NCBI GenBank assembly: GCA_004764695.1
Contig: SMSO01000034.1
Coordinates: 930,001 to 994,000 of the forward strand
Direction: 5' to 3'
From: Schizochytrium sp. TIO01
Taxonomy: Eukaryota > Protista > Bigyra: Labyrinthulomycetes
DNA length: 64,000 nucleotides
The position numbers and the translations under genes were made by a program. Of the stretch, positions 20,801-33,238 are shown one piece after another. Each line of letters opens with the position of its first letter. Position 1 is the stretch's first letter. Below the pieces are notes generated by a model. That model saw nothing but the letters and a program-made list of their open reading frames with translations. It was not told the origin of the DNA and made no database searches.

Positions 20801-22937
20801 AATCAATTGACCGTGAAAGATCGACGCCCGCCCGCCCGCCCGCCCGCCACTCTCTGCGGGTAGCTTTCTGTGGAATATCGAACGCAGCAGAAGCAGAAAC
20901 CTGAACCGATTTGCTAGTCAACCATGGATCGGTGGGTACGGATATCTTCGAATTGCTTGATCTTTCATCTTTGATCGATCTTGCCGGGTGGGAGATCTTC
21001 CCGTGCTCACTCCTCCGAGTCCATGTCCTCCGCTCGCTGCTCTCTTGAGGTGTCTGCGGGCTGTAGACGGCTTCTGAATCGAGGAGTCTCGACTTGAAGC
21101 ACGGATCGAGGTAGGTACAGGCCGTTGCCTTGCCTCTTCAGGATAGTGCAGGACACCGCTGCTGCTGAGACTCTCCAAGTCTCTCTTTGTGTCTCTGAGG
21201 AGTGCTCGAGACAAGTCTACAACGGATGCAAGTCTCCAGGCGCGCGAAGAGGCCAGCCGCGATGGCTTGGAGCGGCATCCGTACAGCCCGCGATGGCTCG
21301 GATGCCCGTAGGTACCTCCTGGCATTTCAAAATCGCGATTTGAATTTGAACTTTTCAACAGAGATGACTGCGATGGCCACCATCACGAAGAACCAGAAAA
21401 AGATAGCATAGCATAGTGAAGCATCTATCAAATCAAATACCTTCGAAAGATATGTATGTGCTCTATGCGTACCTCTATACTTTCTTTCATTAATTTAAAA
21501 AATGAAAAAAAATAAAAAATCTACATAGTTGCCTATGTGCTTAGGTAGTGTCAGGGCCAACGAAAAGCAGAGCTCGAAAGAAGGAAATAACCCATAATAA
21601 CTATAGTCGGCTAACATTTGAAATGATAGAATATGAATTAAAAGAAAGAAAGAAAGAAAGAAAGAAAGACACCGGTCAGTGAAAACGCAGTGAGAACGAG
21701 CGGTGCAGGCGGCAATAAGGACACAAACAGACAAACAGACAAACAAACAGACAGGCAGAAAGGCCCTTGGAGCTTCAAACCCGTCGTGCTCGACAACTTG
21801 AAGCGCCGAGCGCTCTCCTTCGCGTGCCTCCAAGCCTGCCTGCCTGCCTGCCGGGAGAGGCAAAGCGGCGACCAGCTTCGAAGGAACGAAGCAAGAACCA
21901 ACTTCAAATTTCAAATTTCAAATTTCAAACTGAGGATCGTGTACAGCGGCAGCAAACAAAGGCCATGGCGGCCTCCTTCGAACTCGAGCTCGCCGCGGGA
22001 CGGGAGCCTTGAAGCACGGCACGGCACGGCAGCCAGCCAACCAGCCAGGCAGCCAGCTGTGACGCGGACGAGGCTTCTTCTCTTTGCCGGCAGGTGAGGT
22101 CCTGAGTTCTGGTCTTGCCGCGCTCTGGAGACCTGGGCTGCACGAACGCCTCCAAGCTCGCCGCCATTTCAGCGCCTCGTCTCGCTTCTTTCGCTGCACC
22201 GGTCAGTCGGTGCGAGGCCTAGGGCAATCCACTGGCGCCTCAGCTCGAGGAGGCATCGCGTTGAAGCGAGCTCTCGAGAGGGAAGCTAAACCGTCGCTCC
22301 TTCGGTGAAGGTGCACACGCACGATGGCCATGGCGCCTTCGAGACCATCGCCCAGAATCGAGCGTGTGCATTGTGCAAATTCCTGCCTGACCTCGCAGCC
22401 CTCGTCGAGCAGCGCGCATCTCCACGCCCCGAGGTTGTTCCCCGCAAACGCGACGGCCGACGCCCTTGGAGCAAATAAATGTAAATGTCCACCACGTCGA
22501 GCTCGAGCTTCAATCGCCCAGGAGGTCAAAAAACCCGAACCGCCGCCATGGCTTCTTCATTCTCCACTCCACCGCAGCCGAAGGACCGCTCCCAAACCAG
22601 AACAAAACACCCACTCCTTCATGAGGCTCGCACGCACGCACGCATGCAGGCAGACAGGCCACGCCGCGACCCTCTCGGCCCATGTGGATGGACACAGGCA
22701 GACAGCACTACTGACCCGTCCATCTCGAGAGCACGCTGGACGCAGTGGGTGCTTCAAAGAAAGCTCAGCATTCGAGCTCTTCTTCTTCTGGCTGAATGAA
22801 TGAATGAATGAATGAAAGACAGCGCATCCTTCCTCTCTTCTGCTGCTTATTATCTCCCACTCCTTCGCCTTTTGACCCAGAACTGAATGAGAGGAAACCA
22901 AAACTGAAAACACCATTTCACATATCTTCATATGCGC

Positions 22938-22971
<34 letters not shown>

Positions 22972-25900
22972 GCCTAGCTAGCACTGGTAATATAGCTACT
23001 ACTGACCCGGAGAGAGACAGCGTGGGCGCCTGCTAGCTTGGGTAGGAGACTGGTAGCGTAGCCGCCATTAGGCCGCCGCTAGCCGGTATGGCTGTTTGGT
23101 GTTCTGTTGAGAACTACGAGTTCCGCAACTGCTACGAAGAGGAGAGCGGCGGCGTCGCCGTAGGGGTCGGATAGGCGGCCGTAGCGCACGCCCGGGCCAA
23201 CGGCCTGAAGAAGTTGTGCAGCAGGTGCGTTGAACGGCAGGCAGACAGGAAAAGGGCTCGAGGACAGAACTTCGGGGAAGCCGCCGCAGGGCGATGGGGA
23301 GGAGAGGCCGCCAAAGGCTCCGCAAAGGGAGACCGTCTCGAGCCGCCGGCCGCTTCCTTGAGGCTGGTTCTCGCCAGCCGCCTCTGCCTGCATAGAACTG
23401 GGTTCCTGAGATTGGACTTGTAGTAGAGGTAAAGGAGCAATTTGTTGGAGCACGTGTCCATCCTCACACCAATCCCGTCGATTTAGAATCGTTCTGAAGA
23501 CGAATAAAGTGAACGAGGACTCAGATTTATTATGGCTTGAATTATTCATTCATTCATTCATTTATTCATTCATTTGATCGATCAATCATGCATGCGCTCG
23601 GGGTCTCTCGAGTTCGAGCTGCCTTGCAGGAGACTGTTCGATGGCACTACTCGAGCGGATTAAGACCATCAGGCGAAAGTCATCAGTGGGCAGAGACTGA
23701 CGAGCGAAGAGAGCGCGAAGGAAGTCCTCCTGGAGGCCCTTCGGAGCATGGGCCTCTTCCGGAGGGCCGGCCTTTCGGCCTTTTTCTGCAGACATTAATT
23801 AAATTAAATTACAAATTATACTAAAATAAAACACAATAAAAAGAGAAAGAGAAAGAGAAAGAGAAACAGGGAGAGAAACCCGCCTCTTACTCATCTTCTT
23901 TGATGCTTTTGTAAAATAAAGAAATTGAAACAATAGCAAGGAGCGAAGGAGCTTTAGTACAAAACAATACGCTTTCAAATGAGATCAGCCTCGTTCTCTT
24001 TTCTTTCCCTTCCCTACGGGAAATAATAGTATGGGGAGGTCAGGTTCGAGGTCCACGATGCGATCTCCTGAGCGCTTCTAGGACGCATGACATATGTCCC
24101 CGACAGACGGATTGTTTGGGTTTTCAAGAAAAGACAGACGCAAAAGCTGGCGAGGAAGTGAACGTCGGTATCCACGGGCGGCGAAGTCCTCAGCGAAGCC
24201 TGCGTGGCTCTTGCTGGGAAGGGCTGCGACCGCGGCAATTCGATGGCTTTGGAGAGGCGGTGTTCTTCTTCGATTCGTGGGAAAGAACCGGAATCAGCCA
24301 CCGCGCAGAAACACGAAAAGGCAGCCACGGCGTGGAGCTGACTACTTGAAAGGCAGCTCTGCCCGTTCTCTGCTTCTTCTTGTTCTTGCTGCTGTTCTGT
24401 TCTGTTCTGTTCTGTTTGATAGCTAGATTTGGAAACTCGCAAGCCAAGAGAAAAGAAAAAAAAAAAGAGGCGCACTTGTTACCGAAGGCTCGTGTCTTCG
24501 TGCGAACTAATAATAATACGTTTACTTTGAACTGCTCGAAAGATTTAGTCTACTAGTGAAATTGCTATTGCAGTTTTCATTTTATCATTTAAAATTTGAA
24601 GGTTTAAAATAACTTTAAATAATGAATAACATATAAACATATATATATATACATATACATAAAACAAAATAAAACAATGACAGCAACAATTTTTAAGAAT
24701 GTTTGTACAGGTGGAAAGAAAGGCAGAAAGCGAGCGCACGTCAGGAAGGAAGAAAGCGAGAAGAATAGTCCTCCCTTGGCTTCTTGAGGATTGGCCAGCA
24801 GCTTCCGCCTTTCCCTGCGGCGGCCTAGATGGTCCTACCTGTCCAAGCTACGCCGGCGTTTTTGTTTCTCCGAGGCGCCCAGAAGAAGAGGCCGAAGGGG
24901 GTGATTCTAATACTGTTTCGATTGTTATTTTTTTAATTTAAACTTTCAACATGCATAAGCCAAAGGCCAAAAGCAAAGAAAAGCAAAGAAAGCAAGAAAG
25001 AAAGAAAGACAGACAGACAGACAGAAAGAATGAATTGAGACGTTTTCGGGACTGATTGATGACTTGTCGAGAGAGCTTGAAGAAGAACTTCTTGAGCTCG
25101 GAATCGCGATGATCGAGCGGAGCTTCGAATTCGACGCAGGCCTGGGTTCCAGGGATTCAGGGCGAGCGCTGAGTTCGATTTCTGCGCAGTTGCGAGCTCG
25201 AAGAACGGTGTTCCACGAGAGCAGCTTTAAGCTGGACAGCTTGATTGATTTGTTTGTCTCTTCATTCGTTTGTTTGCGCCGCAGCTCGCAATTCGCAATT
25301 GTCGTCCCTTGGCAGAACAGTGAGACAACAGTCAGTCAGAAGACAGACTTTCCTTGAAAAGTAGCGCATCGACAGTCCGGAATTCCTGCGTAGAACCCCT
25401 CAGAGCTCGACTCTTCGAGATCACAGGCCGTTGGTGCGTGCATCTGCGTTGACGTTCATGAAGAAAAAGCTGCCGAAGGAGATCACCGTCGTCCTGGATC
25501 CAAGCTCTTCAGCTGCGCGTGTTTATGCGAGTGTTTTCGAGACACAAACGAGAGAGAAGAGAGATGAGCTTTGAGCTTTAGTTTATTTAGTGAGGACAGC
25601 CTTGAGAACGCCCCGTGTTTTTTTTGTTTTTTGTTTTTTTAATTTAAATTGATGTATTGATATGGTGGTATCGCGGTTCAAAGTCTTCAAGACCGAGGAC
25701 AGTGCGGTTCGTTCGTCCATTTACTTGTACTTGGTCGCTTGAATGACTAATTGATTGGTTTATCCATTCACTTATTGGGTGACGCACCTGCCTGTAAGTA
25801 AGCGCTGCTGCGGGCATGGGCTTGACTTCCCTCCGGGTCGTCATGGCTAGAACAGCAAATGTCGTCGGCTTAAAGTAGCCTGTTCTCTTGTCTATTCTTT

Positions 25901-26626
25901 GCTCCTTCATCGCGGAAGTTGCGGAAGTTGCGCTTTTCTTTTCTTTCTATTTTTCTATTCTATTTTTTTCAAGTTCCCATTTCTTTCTCTCTTAGAAAAA
26001 ATAGAAAAAAAAATAGTTTACTAGTAACCAAGAGAGTTGAATATGATCGAGGAAAGGACTCGAAAGTGGTGGCGAAGGCCTTTTCATCGGGGAGCGCGCA
26101 GATCATGGAATGCAATAGTATATGGCCTACGCCTCCTTTAAAAGTCTTGGACCAAGCTATTTTAAAAAAAAATGTATATACAGTCAATCGCTTTCTATTA
26201 AACATATAAAAGATAGCACCAGAAGAAATGAAGGTCCACGCTATTTAATAATAATAATTAAAAATTTAAAAAAAAAAAAAAAAAAAAGTCAATCGCTTTC
26301 TATTCCTCGTTGCAGAAAGCCACCTGCCCTTTGGAAAGACTTACTCTCCAAACCAACCCAACCCATAATAGCAGGTCATAATCATAAAAGGGTCGTCGTC
26401 CTCCGGCTTCGCGTACTTCGCAACAAGCGGCGAATGCTGTCTCATTCAATCTCCGCAGTATCGCACGAGCGAATAAATGGACCAATGAATCAATGAATCA
26501 ATGAATCAATGAGCGAATGACTCGAAACCCGGCACTACATTTCAAATTTCTTTTTTTAGATCAAAAAACAAACATCACTATTGCTATGCTTCTAAAACAC
26601 TCGAGCTAAGGCGCAGAGAACTAACT

Positions 26627-26629
<3 letters not shown>

Positions 26630-26661
<32 letters not shown>
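26630..26661. repeat. (CT)n microsatellite
   Basis: Direct reading. Confidence 0.95.
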
Positions 26662-26664
<3 letters not shown>

Positions 26665-27446
26665 TGCCTGATCGTTCTGGTCAGTCTGCCCTTGCAGCTT
26701 TGCGCCAACATCGGCATTGGCGCAAACGGCGATCGCGACGACAAGCGAAGATGGTGGTGAACGATGACGATGATTTCGGATGGAGGTCAGCGGCGGCCAA
26801 TGGCGGTGAAGAAGCAAAGCAGCAGCCTCGCGAGTCGAGTCGAGTCAGCCTCCGGAGCCCCGCCCAAGAGGAGCGAGGGACTCGTCTCGAGCACGACTCA
26901 ACTCGACTCGACTCGACTTGACCTTTCTGGAGGGGTCGAGTGATAGAGTAGCCACCCACGGCTGGTAAGAAGTGGCTATGCGGCGCTAGGAACCCCGTTC
27001 TTTTCCTCCCTGCGTTCTTTTCCTCCCTGCGTTTTGTTTCTCTTTTTCTTTTTCGAAATGTGTGTTCTCAACTTCAAACGTTCGAGCAGAACCCAGAATC
27101 GTGGAATCACCGCCGCTGAGGCCCTTGGAGCTCTCTCGAGCGCAGCGCCTTGGTTGAGTCTGAAGCGGCCTCGACTCGCTCGAAGGGGGCCTCCACGCAG
27201 CCCTTGGAGAGTCGATGGGTGTCCTTCTTCGTGAAAGTCCACGCGTCCGAAGTTGTCAAAGGTTGTCAAACGTTGGTGGAACCATTGGCGCTCATCAGAC
27301 TCTTAATGGGCGAGAGAAAGAACTTCGAACTTCAAGCTAGATCCAGGAGGTATTACCTTCCTCTTAGGCAGTGCCAGACAGCTTTTATTGGACAGGCACA
27401 GAACACGGATTTCGCCGCCTTTAAACTGTGCCATCCGTTGAGAGTA

Positions 27447-27547
27447 TCATTCAATCATTCAATCATTCAATCATTCAATTATTCAATCATTCATTCCTTT
27501 ATTTATTTATTCATTCATTCATTTATTCATTCATTCGTTCATTCATT
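27447..27547. repeat. Compound (TCAA/TTCA/TTTA)n microsatellite
   Basis: Direct reading. Confidence 0.9.
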
Positions 27548-30500
27548 GGGAATTGAAACAAAGCAAATATCCTCCATTAGAATTATACCAAAACAAACAG
27601 CTTTCCGGTATTTCTACTAATTGGTCAGAGCGAGCACATAATACTTTAAACAAAATGTGTTTTACATTTTTTGAATGCTTTAAAAAAAACTTGTTATTCT
27701 CGTTTAACTTTTTTCTTTCTTTTTACTTAATGTTCAAGAAAGAAAGAAAGAAAGAATAGAAAAAGAAAACCAACCTCCCAACATTCGCATAGGGTGACTG
27801 CCATAATCTGTCCTATAGCTAGTACTTTTTACAACCTACTAAGTGCTCCCGCGGCGACCGCTTCGATGAGTCTCCGACCTTTTCTGGTTTTCTTTCTTGT
27901 CTTAGCTCCTTGGTTTCTTCCTCTCTTTCAAATTAAAATCTCGAGCAGGAAGGCAGGCTTCAAAAGAGAGACGGAGAAGGAGGAGAGTTTTCCTAGGTCC
28001 CCTGCTTCCAAAGAAGGAAAAACACAGCTTTTCTTGAACCTCCTCGAACGTGGACGTGAAAGAAAGAAAGAAGGAAGGAAAGAATCGTTTCGTTCTGTTC
28101 TCTGCAAAGTTTGAACGGTCCAAAGGGCCAGAGAACGGGCAAAGAACGCGGCGTTCGAGACGGAGGCCGGCTGTCCTTCTTCCTTCTGCGCCCCTCTTTC
28201 TTTACTACGTTCTCTCTAGCTAGAGGGCTAACTAGATTACATAGGCATAATATGCACAGGAAGGCAAGCCGTCACGCTTTCGAAAGGGCTGTCAAGTTGG
28301 CCAATCAATCCCATCGTTGAATTCGGGCCTCCTCGTATCTCCGGGTCTTCGGGAAACCCGGTTAGTCACTACGTGGCAAACAATGTTCTCCCATTTCCAG
28401 CTTTATGCAGCGCTGCCGTGCCGTCTCAAGCGGCGGAACAGGCCCTCACGAGTGACGCCGAAGCCTGAAGAGCGCCGTAGTGATTGCTTTGCTTGCTTGA
28501 GTTTTCCCCGAGTTTCAACTGACTACTCTTACTTTTCTATAGTTTAGAAAAAAAGTTTTCTGTCTAGCTAGTACATCTCATATATTTGGGAGCGGAGAAC
28601 TCGAGCAATAAATGGCTTGCTTGGCTGAGGCCGGTTCCTCGTGCTGCAGCGACGGGCACATCGCCACTATCATCCAAAGCGCTCAGTAATTATCGCGTGT
28701 AAATAGATGTGGCATAAGGATACATGGGGAGGAGCTGGATGATTGATTGATTGATTGATTGAAAATCCCCAAAATGCACCAATCGCCGGCGCTCAATCTT
28801 CAGAGTCCTTCGCATGATTGCGGGTTCTCAGGAGATCTCGAAACGATATCATTTCGAGTGCTCACGCCGATCGAAGCCCTCACAGAGAGAGAGATACCTC
28901 CAATGTCCTGCACAATCAACTCATCAATTGATTAGGCATCCTTCATCATTGATTGTATCATCATCCTCAATAGCGAAATTCAACCTCTATCTTTTACTTG
29001 CTAATACATACATACACACATACATACATTATGTGCCTATCTATTGGATAATAGGTAAAGACAGAGAACGAAGAGGAGTGCTATGGTTTAGCATATATGG
29101 GGCTAGAAGTAGGCGGCGAGTTTGAAAACGTCCTCCCTTGGTTGTCTCGGCTTCGCGCCGTTCTGTTCGCGCGAACACTCACTGTGGGGCTAAGTCCTGC
29201 CTTGCAAGCGCCCACCGCGGCGGGTCTCACAAGTTTGCACCGTGACAAGGTTAAAGGTGATTAAGCAGGGAGATAGAAATATTTTCTTTCCTTTTTTTTT
29301 CTTTTTTCCTCTCCCCGTACTTTATAGAAGTTAATATGTTGTCATTTTTCCATTTAAGAAAATCTATTTAAAAATAAATAAAAACACATATTTGTTGTGA
29401 AATTGTAAAGGAAAAGAAAGAAGACTACAAAGACGATGCGGTACCATTAAAGAATAATAAAACACTTGAAGGTTTTGTTTTGGTGATCATATTTGATTTC
29501 AAAACTTGAAGAAGTTTCCCCGACAAAAGAATAAATAAAACAAATATCATCTCAAATGTTTAGTTATTTTATTTTTATTTTTATTTTTATTTCTATTTTT
29601 ATGAACAAAAGAAGGGCGGAACTCGTCTTTCGCTTCTTTTCCTAGTTTCCTTCTTGCTTGAAAGCCACCCTTCATTTTTGAAATTTGTTTTTATGCTTTT
29701 TTAAAATAAATTAAAAAAATCTCAATCTCTAATTTTTTTGTAGTTCTTTCTTTCTATTTACTATTTAATAATAATAATAATAAAATCTTGAACTTAATCG
29801 TGGTTCGACCTTTTCTTTTCCTGTTTCGCTTGAACTACTAAAAGCCTGACCTCGGAAACTCAAAGATGAAATTCATTCGTGAAGCCGGCCTCCCCTCGAC
29901 CAACTGAACATAGACAGACACATATGCGTAGCTCCATTCGTCCATTCATCCATGAATAAGCGCAGTCGGGCCCCAGCTCGGCTTGAAAGAAGCATGAGCA
30001 AAGAACTGACTGGCTAAGAAAGTGATCCCCACTACTTTTCTTTCTCTCTCTCTCTTTCTTTTCAAGAAGCGTGGCCACTTTCCTTCCTCCAGAAAGCAGA
30101 AGGAAACACTTTGAGAAGTCCTTTCTTCCGGCTATGTCCTGCCTTGCACAGAGGTCCTCGAGGACTCACGTTTGCGCCAACCCAGGGACCCTCCTAGTGC
30201 GCCTCCTAACCCCTCTCATAGGACTCGGGTACACCACCATCTAGTCCTCCGCTAGGCGAGCCAGAAGCCCGCCTCCTAGTCCCGCGCCTACTGGATTCTC
30301 TACCCTTGTCCGGCGAGCTCTTACCAAGTTGAATCGCCTACTTACCTCCTCTTACCACCGCTTTCCTACGCCCTGTCTAGCGCTACCTAGGCAGGCACTA
30401 GAGGCATTCTCGAGAAAGCGGACTCTCTTGTTTTACTCGTATGTGTATGAAGGGCGAAAAGGGCGCTAATCAGCCTACCGCGTAAAACTGAGCGAAACTC

Positions 30501-30724
30501 CACAACTCAGACGAGCTGCTGTAATAGTTCTTGCGAATGGAACGTGTGCTGAAGGGCGCCTCGGAACGAGCGCCTCGAAAGCAGGACCTCTGCCTCTTTC
30601 CGGGCTTAAGTGCTCGCTTTCACCTGCTCCTCACTCAAAGCAGTTTATCCCGCGGGAAGCTGGTTTTTCGAATGCATGAATGTGATTAAAATCAAATGAA
30701 TGAATGAATGTAATTAAAATCAAA

Positions 30725-30906
30725 TGAATGAATGAATGAATGAATGAATGAATGCATGAATGCATGAGTGAAGGTTTCGAAGTGAAACTTGCGATGAAAA
30801 TGAAAGCTTTGAAAACAGTGGTTGCCTGGTTGGACATAGGCCGACTGCCTGACTGACTGACTGATTGACTGACTGATTGACTGAGTGAGTGAGTGAGTGA
30901 CTGACT
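30725..30906. repeat. (TGAA)n followed by (TGAC/TGAT/TGAG)n microsatellites
   Basis: Direct reading: about 30725-30753 and 30850-30906. Confidence 0.9.
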
Positions 30907-31440
30907 GCCTGGCCACGCACTCTCTCTTTCGCCCAGTTCCCCCAGCTAATCAGCAGTCAATCATCTCTCTCTCCGCCCTTCTGCCTACTAACCATCCTCT
31001 TAACGTACCTACGCATCGATCGCCTCATCTCCACGTTTCTTTGTAGCTCAAGAATGAAAGAATGAAAGAAAGAAAGAAAGAAAGAAAGCGCTGCGCTGTA
31101 GCAGCTAAGGCACGCACGAGGACCCGAACCCTTTCCTTGCCACTCTTCCTTCGCGCCGACGACTGCCGCGGCCCTGCTCGAGGTCGATCGGCGGCCGGTC
31201 AGAAGAAGAACCGAAGGCATAGTCAGCGAGCGAGCGAGCTCCACGCAGCTCGAGAACCCGCCTTGAAAGCAAGCCCCTCTCGATGCGCGAACATTGATGA
31301 TGCCGCAAGCTGCGCTGTCTACAGCTCAGTAGGCGCCAACTAGCCCTGCCTAGCAACCAAGGCTTCCGCTGATTACTTGTAGTTAGGCATTCTACACCGT
31401 AGCCTGGCGGCGCCTAGCAGTATTGTAGCAGCATTAGCAG

Positions 31441-31623
31441 TAATAATAAAGATAATAATAATAGTAGTAATAATAATAATAATAGGAATAATAATAATAG
31501 TAATAATAATAATAATAAAGATAATAATAATAATAATAATAGTAATAGAAGCCGTGATCTGAGGGTTTAGGATATAGATAAGAAGGTGAAGAAGAAGAAG
31601 AAGAAGAAGAAGAAGAAGAAGAA
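31441..31623. repeat. Interrupted (TAA)n tract (~108 nt) plus (GAA)12
   Basis: TAA/TAG array 31441-31548 and GAA x12 at 31588-31623. Confidence 0.95.
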
Positions 31624-32666
31624 GACAGGCTTGGTTGCGGATATTGGCCCTGTTGTGATGCGAGCTCGAACGCTTTCAAAAGACGCGCGGGTCCACTCGG
31701 TTCTTGGGCCTGCGGTGGATGAGCTTGCAGGTTGCTGACTAGCTAGCTAGCTAGCTGCCTTGGTGTTTTTGATTGGGCAGCAGAGGTTGCTTGAGCTTGG
31801 ATCTCACTCACCCACTCAAGTCAAGCGAAGCTCTCCACAATCGTAGCACGAAGAGAGGATGCTTGAAAATGAACGCGAACAGAGGACAGTCGATCGAAAG
31901 AAAAGGAGGAAGAAAGGAAGTGCTGCGGTAGCAAAGCAAAGTAAAGTCCTTCAAATAGTTCGTGCCATGCATGGGTCCTTCTTCAACTTGAACGAGGAAG
32001 TGGAATTCAAGTTCAATCGTTCTCTCTCCTTTCCTGTTCCTTTTTTTTGCCTTTGCTTCTCCTTTTCTTTCTTTTGCGTGTCAAAAGATAATGAACTTGG
32101 AAATGAGTGGAATGTTTTCCGAGCAGTTAGTAAGTTATGATCTGCAAAACCAAACGAATGGGCGAAGAAGAAGAAGAAGAAGAGACCGAAAGCAACACGA
32201 ACTCGCCTGGCCAGCTAGCTAGCTAGCTAGTTGTGAAACCCGTGCCGAAGTCGAGGCAGCTGAGCACCTGGGTACGTTGGATCCGTGAAATAAGCAGCCG
32301 CTCGAGATGAAGCTCTTCATCTCCACTCCGGAAAGGCTTGGTTTCTAAGGAAGGGAACTAACTGCTCAGGTTTACTTGTTATTTCGCCCACGGGACTCGA
32401 GAGAAGACAGCGCAGCACCGCGGTCCATAATGGCACAGGAGCGCTGCGGTAGAGAGAGAGAACTTGAGATGGTTCCTCAGGTTCTGAGAAAGATCATGAT
32501 GATCGAACTGAAAGCAGCAGCTGCACAGAAACACAGCCTTCTTCAGAATCAGTTCTTTCCCGTGAAGAATATTGGGGGGGGTGATTGAGAAAGCTGCTTG
32601 CGATCTTATCCTGTGTGGATGGATAGAAACGGCACCTGCTGCGCCGAGAAGAGTATTGAGCACAAG

Positions 32667-32669
32667 TTT

Positions 32670-32708
<39 letters not shown>

Positions 32709-32730
32709 CTCTCTCTCTCTCTCTCTCTCT
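32667..32730. repeat. (TTTC)n-(CT)n compound microsatellite
   Basis: Direct reading. Confidence 0.95.
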
Positions 32731-33190
32731 GATAAAGCAGCGAGTTCTTCCAAATACTGCTCTAGAGTAGCAGCACCACTGTGCTTTCTTTTCTCTTTCT
32801 CTTTCTGGCCGCCTCTTCCATCTTCAGTATAATGAAGCGATGTATAAAGTTCTAAAAGAGAATGATGATATACCATACACTTCAGTATGAAAGATATTGC
32901 GACCTTTGATACCATTTTTAAAATCACTGGTAGATGCTTATTTAATTAATTAATTTATTTATTTGTTAAAATGCTATCTTCATATGTAGGTCGTTTTCTT
33001 TCGATTAAAATACTAAGAATGCATAAACCTTATAAGGTGATTGATCGTGTTCTTATCTTGAAGTTTCTGAAGTCGAAAAGCCCGACTGCCGTGCAGACTC
33101 TCTCTGTTTCTGCATCCCCCTCTGCCTATGAACGATGCCGGCCTTCGCCCGCTTCCTCGCCCTCTTTGCGGCAGCCTTGGCCAGGCACGA

Positions 33191-33238
33191 ATGGATGGAT
33201 GGATGGATGGATGAATGAATGGATGGATGGATGGATGG
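33191..33238. repeat. (GGAT/GAAT)n microsatellite
   Basis: Direct reading. Confidence 0.9.

Noticed and set aside
24035-24060. GGTTCGAG T-loop-like word (also GGTTCGAC near 29801)
   Set aside because: No acceptor, D or anticodon stems could be formed, so not a tRNA.
21495-24475. Dense cluster of 60-160 aa ORFs on both strands
   Set aside because: Expected from GC-rich, stop-poor sequence; many use non-ATG starts and cross microsatellites.
31434-31679. ORF encoding poly-Ser/poly-Tyr
   Set aside because: Translation of the (GAA)n and (TAA)n microsatellites.
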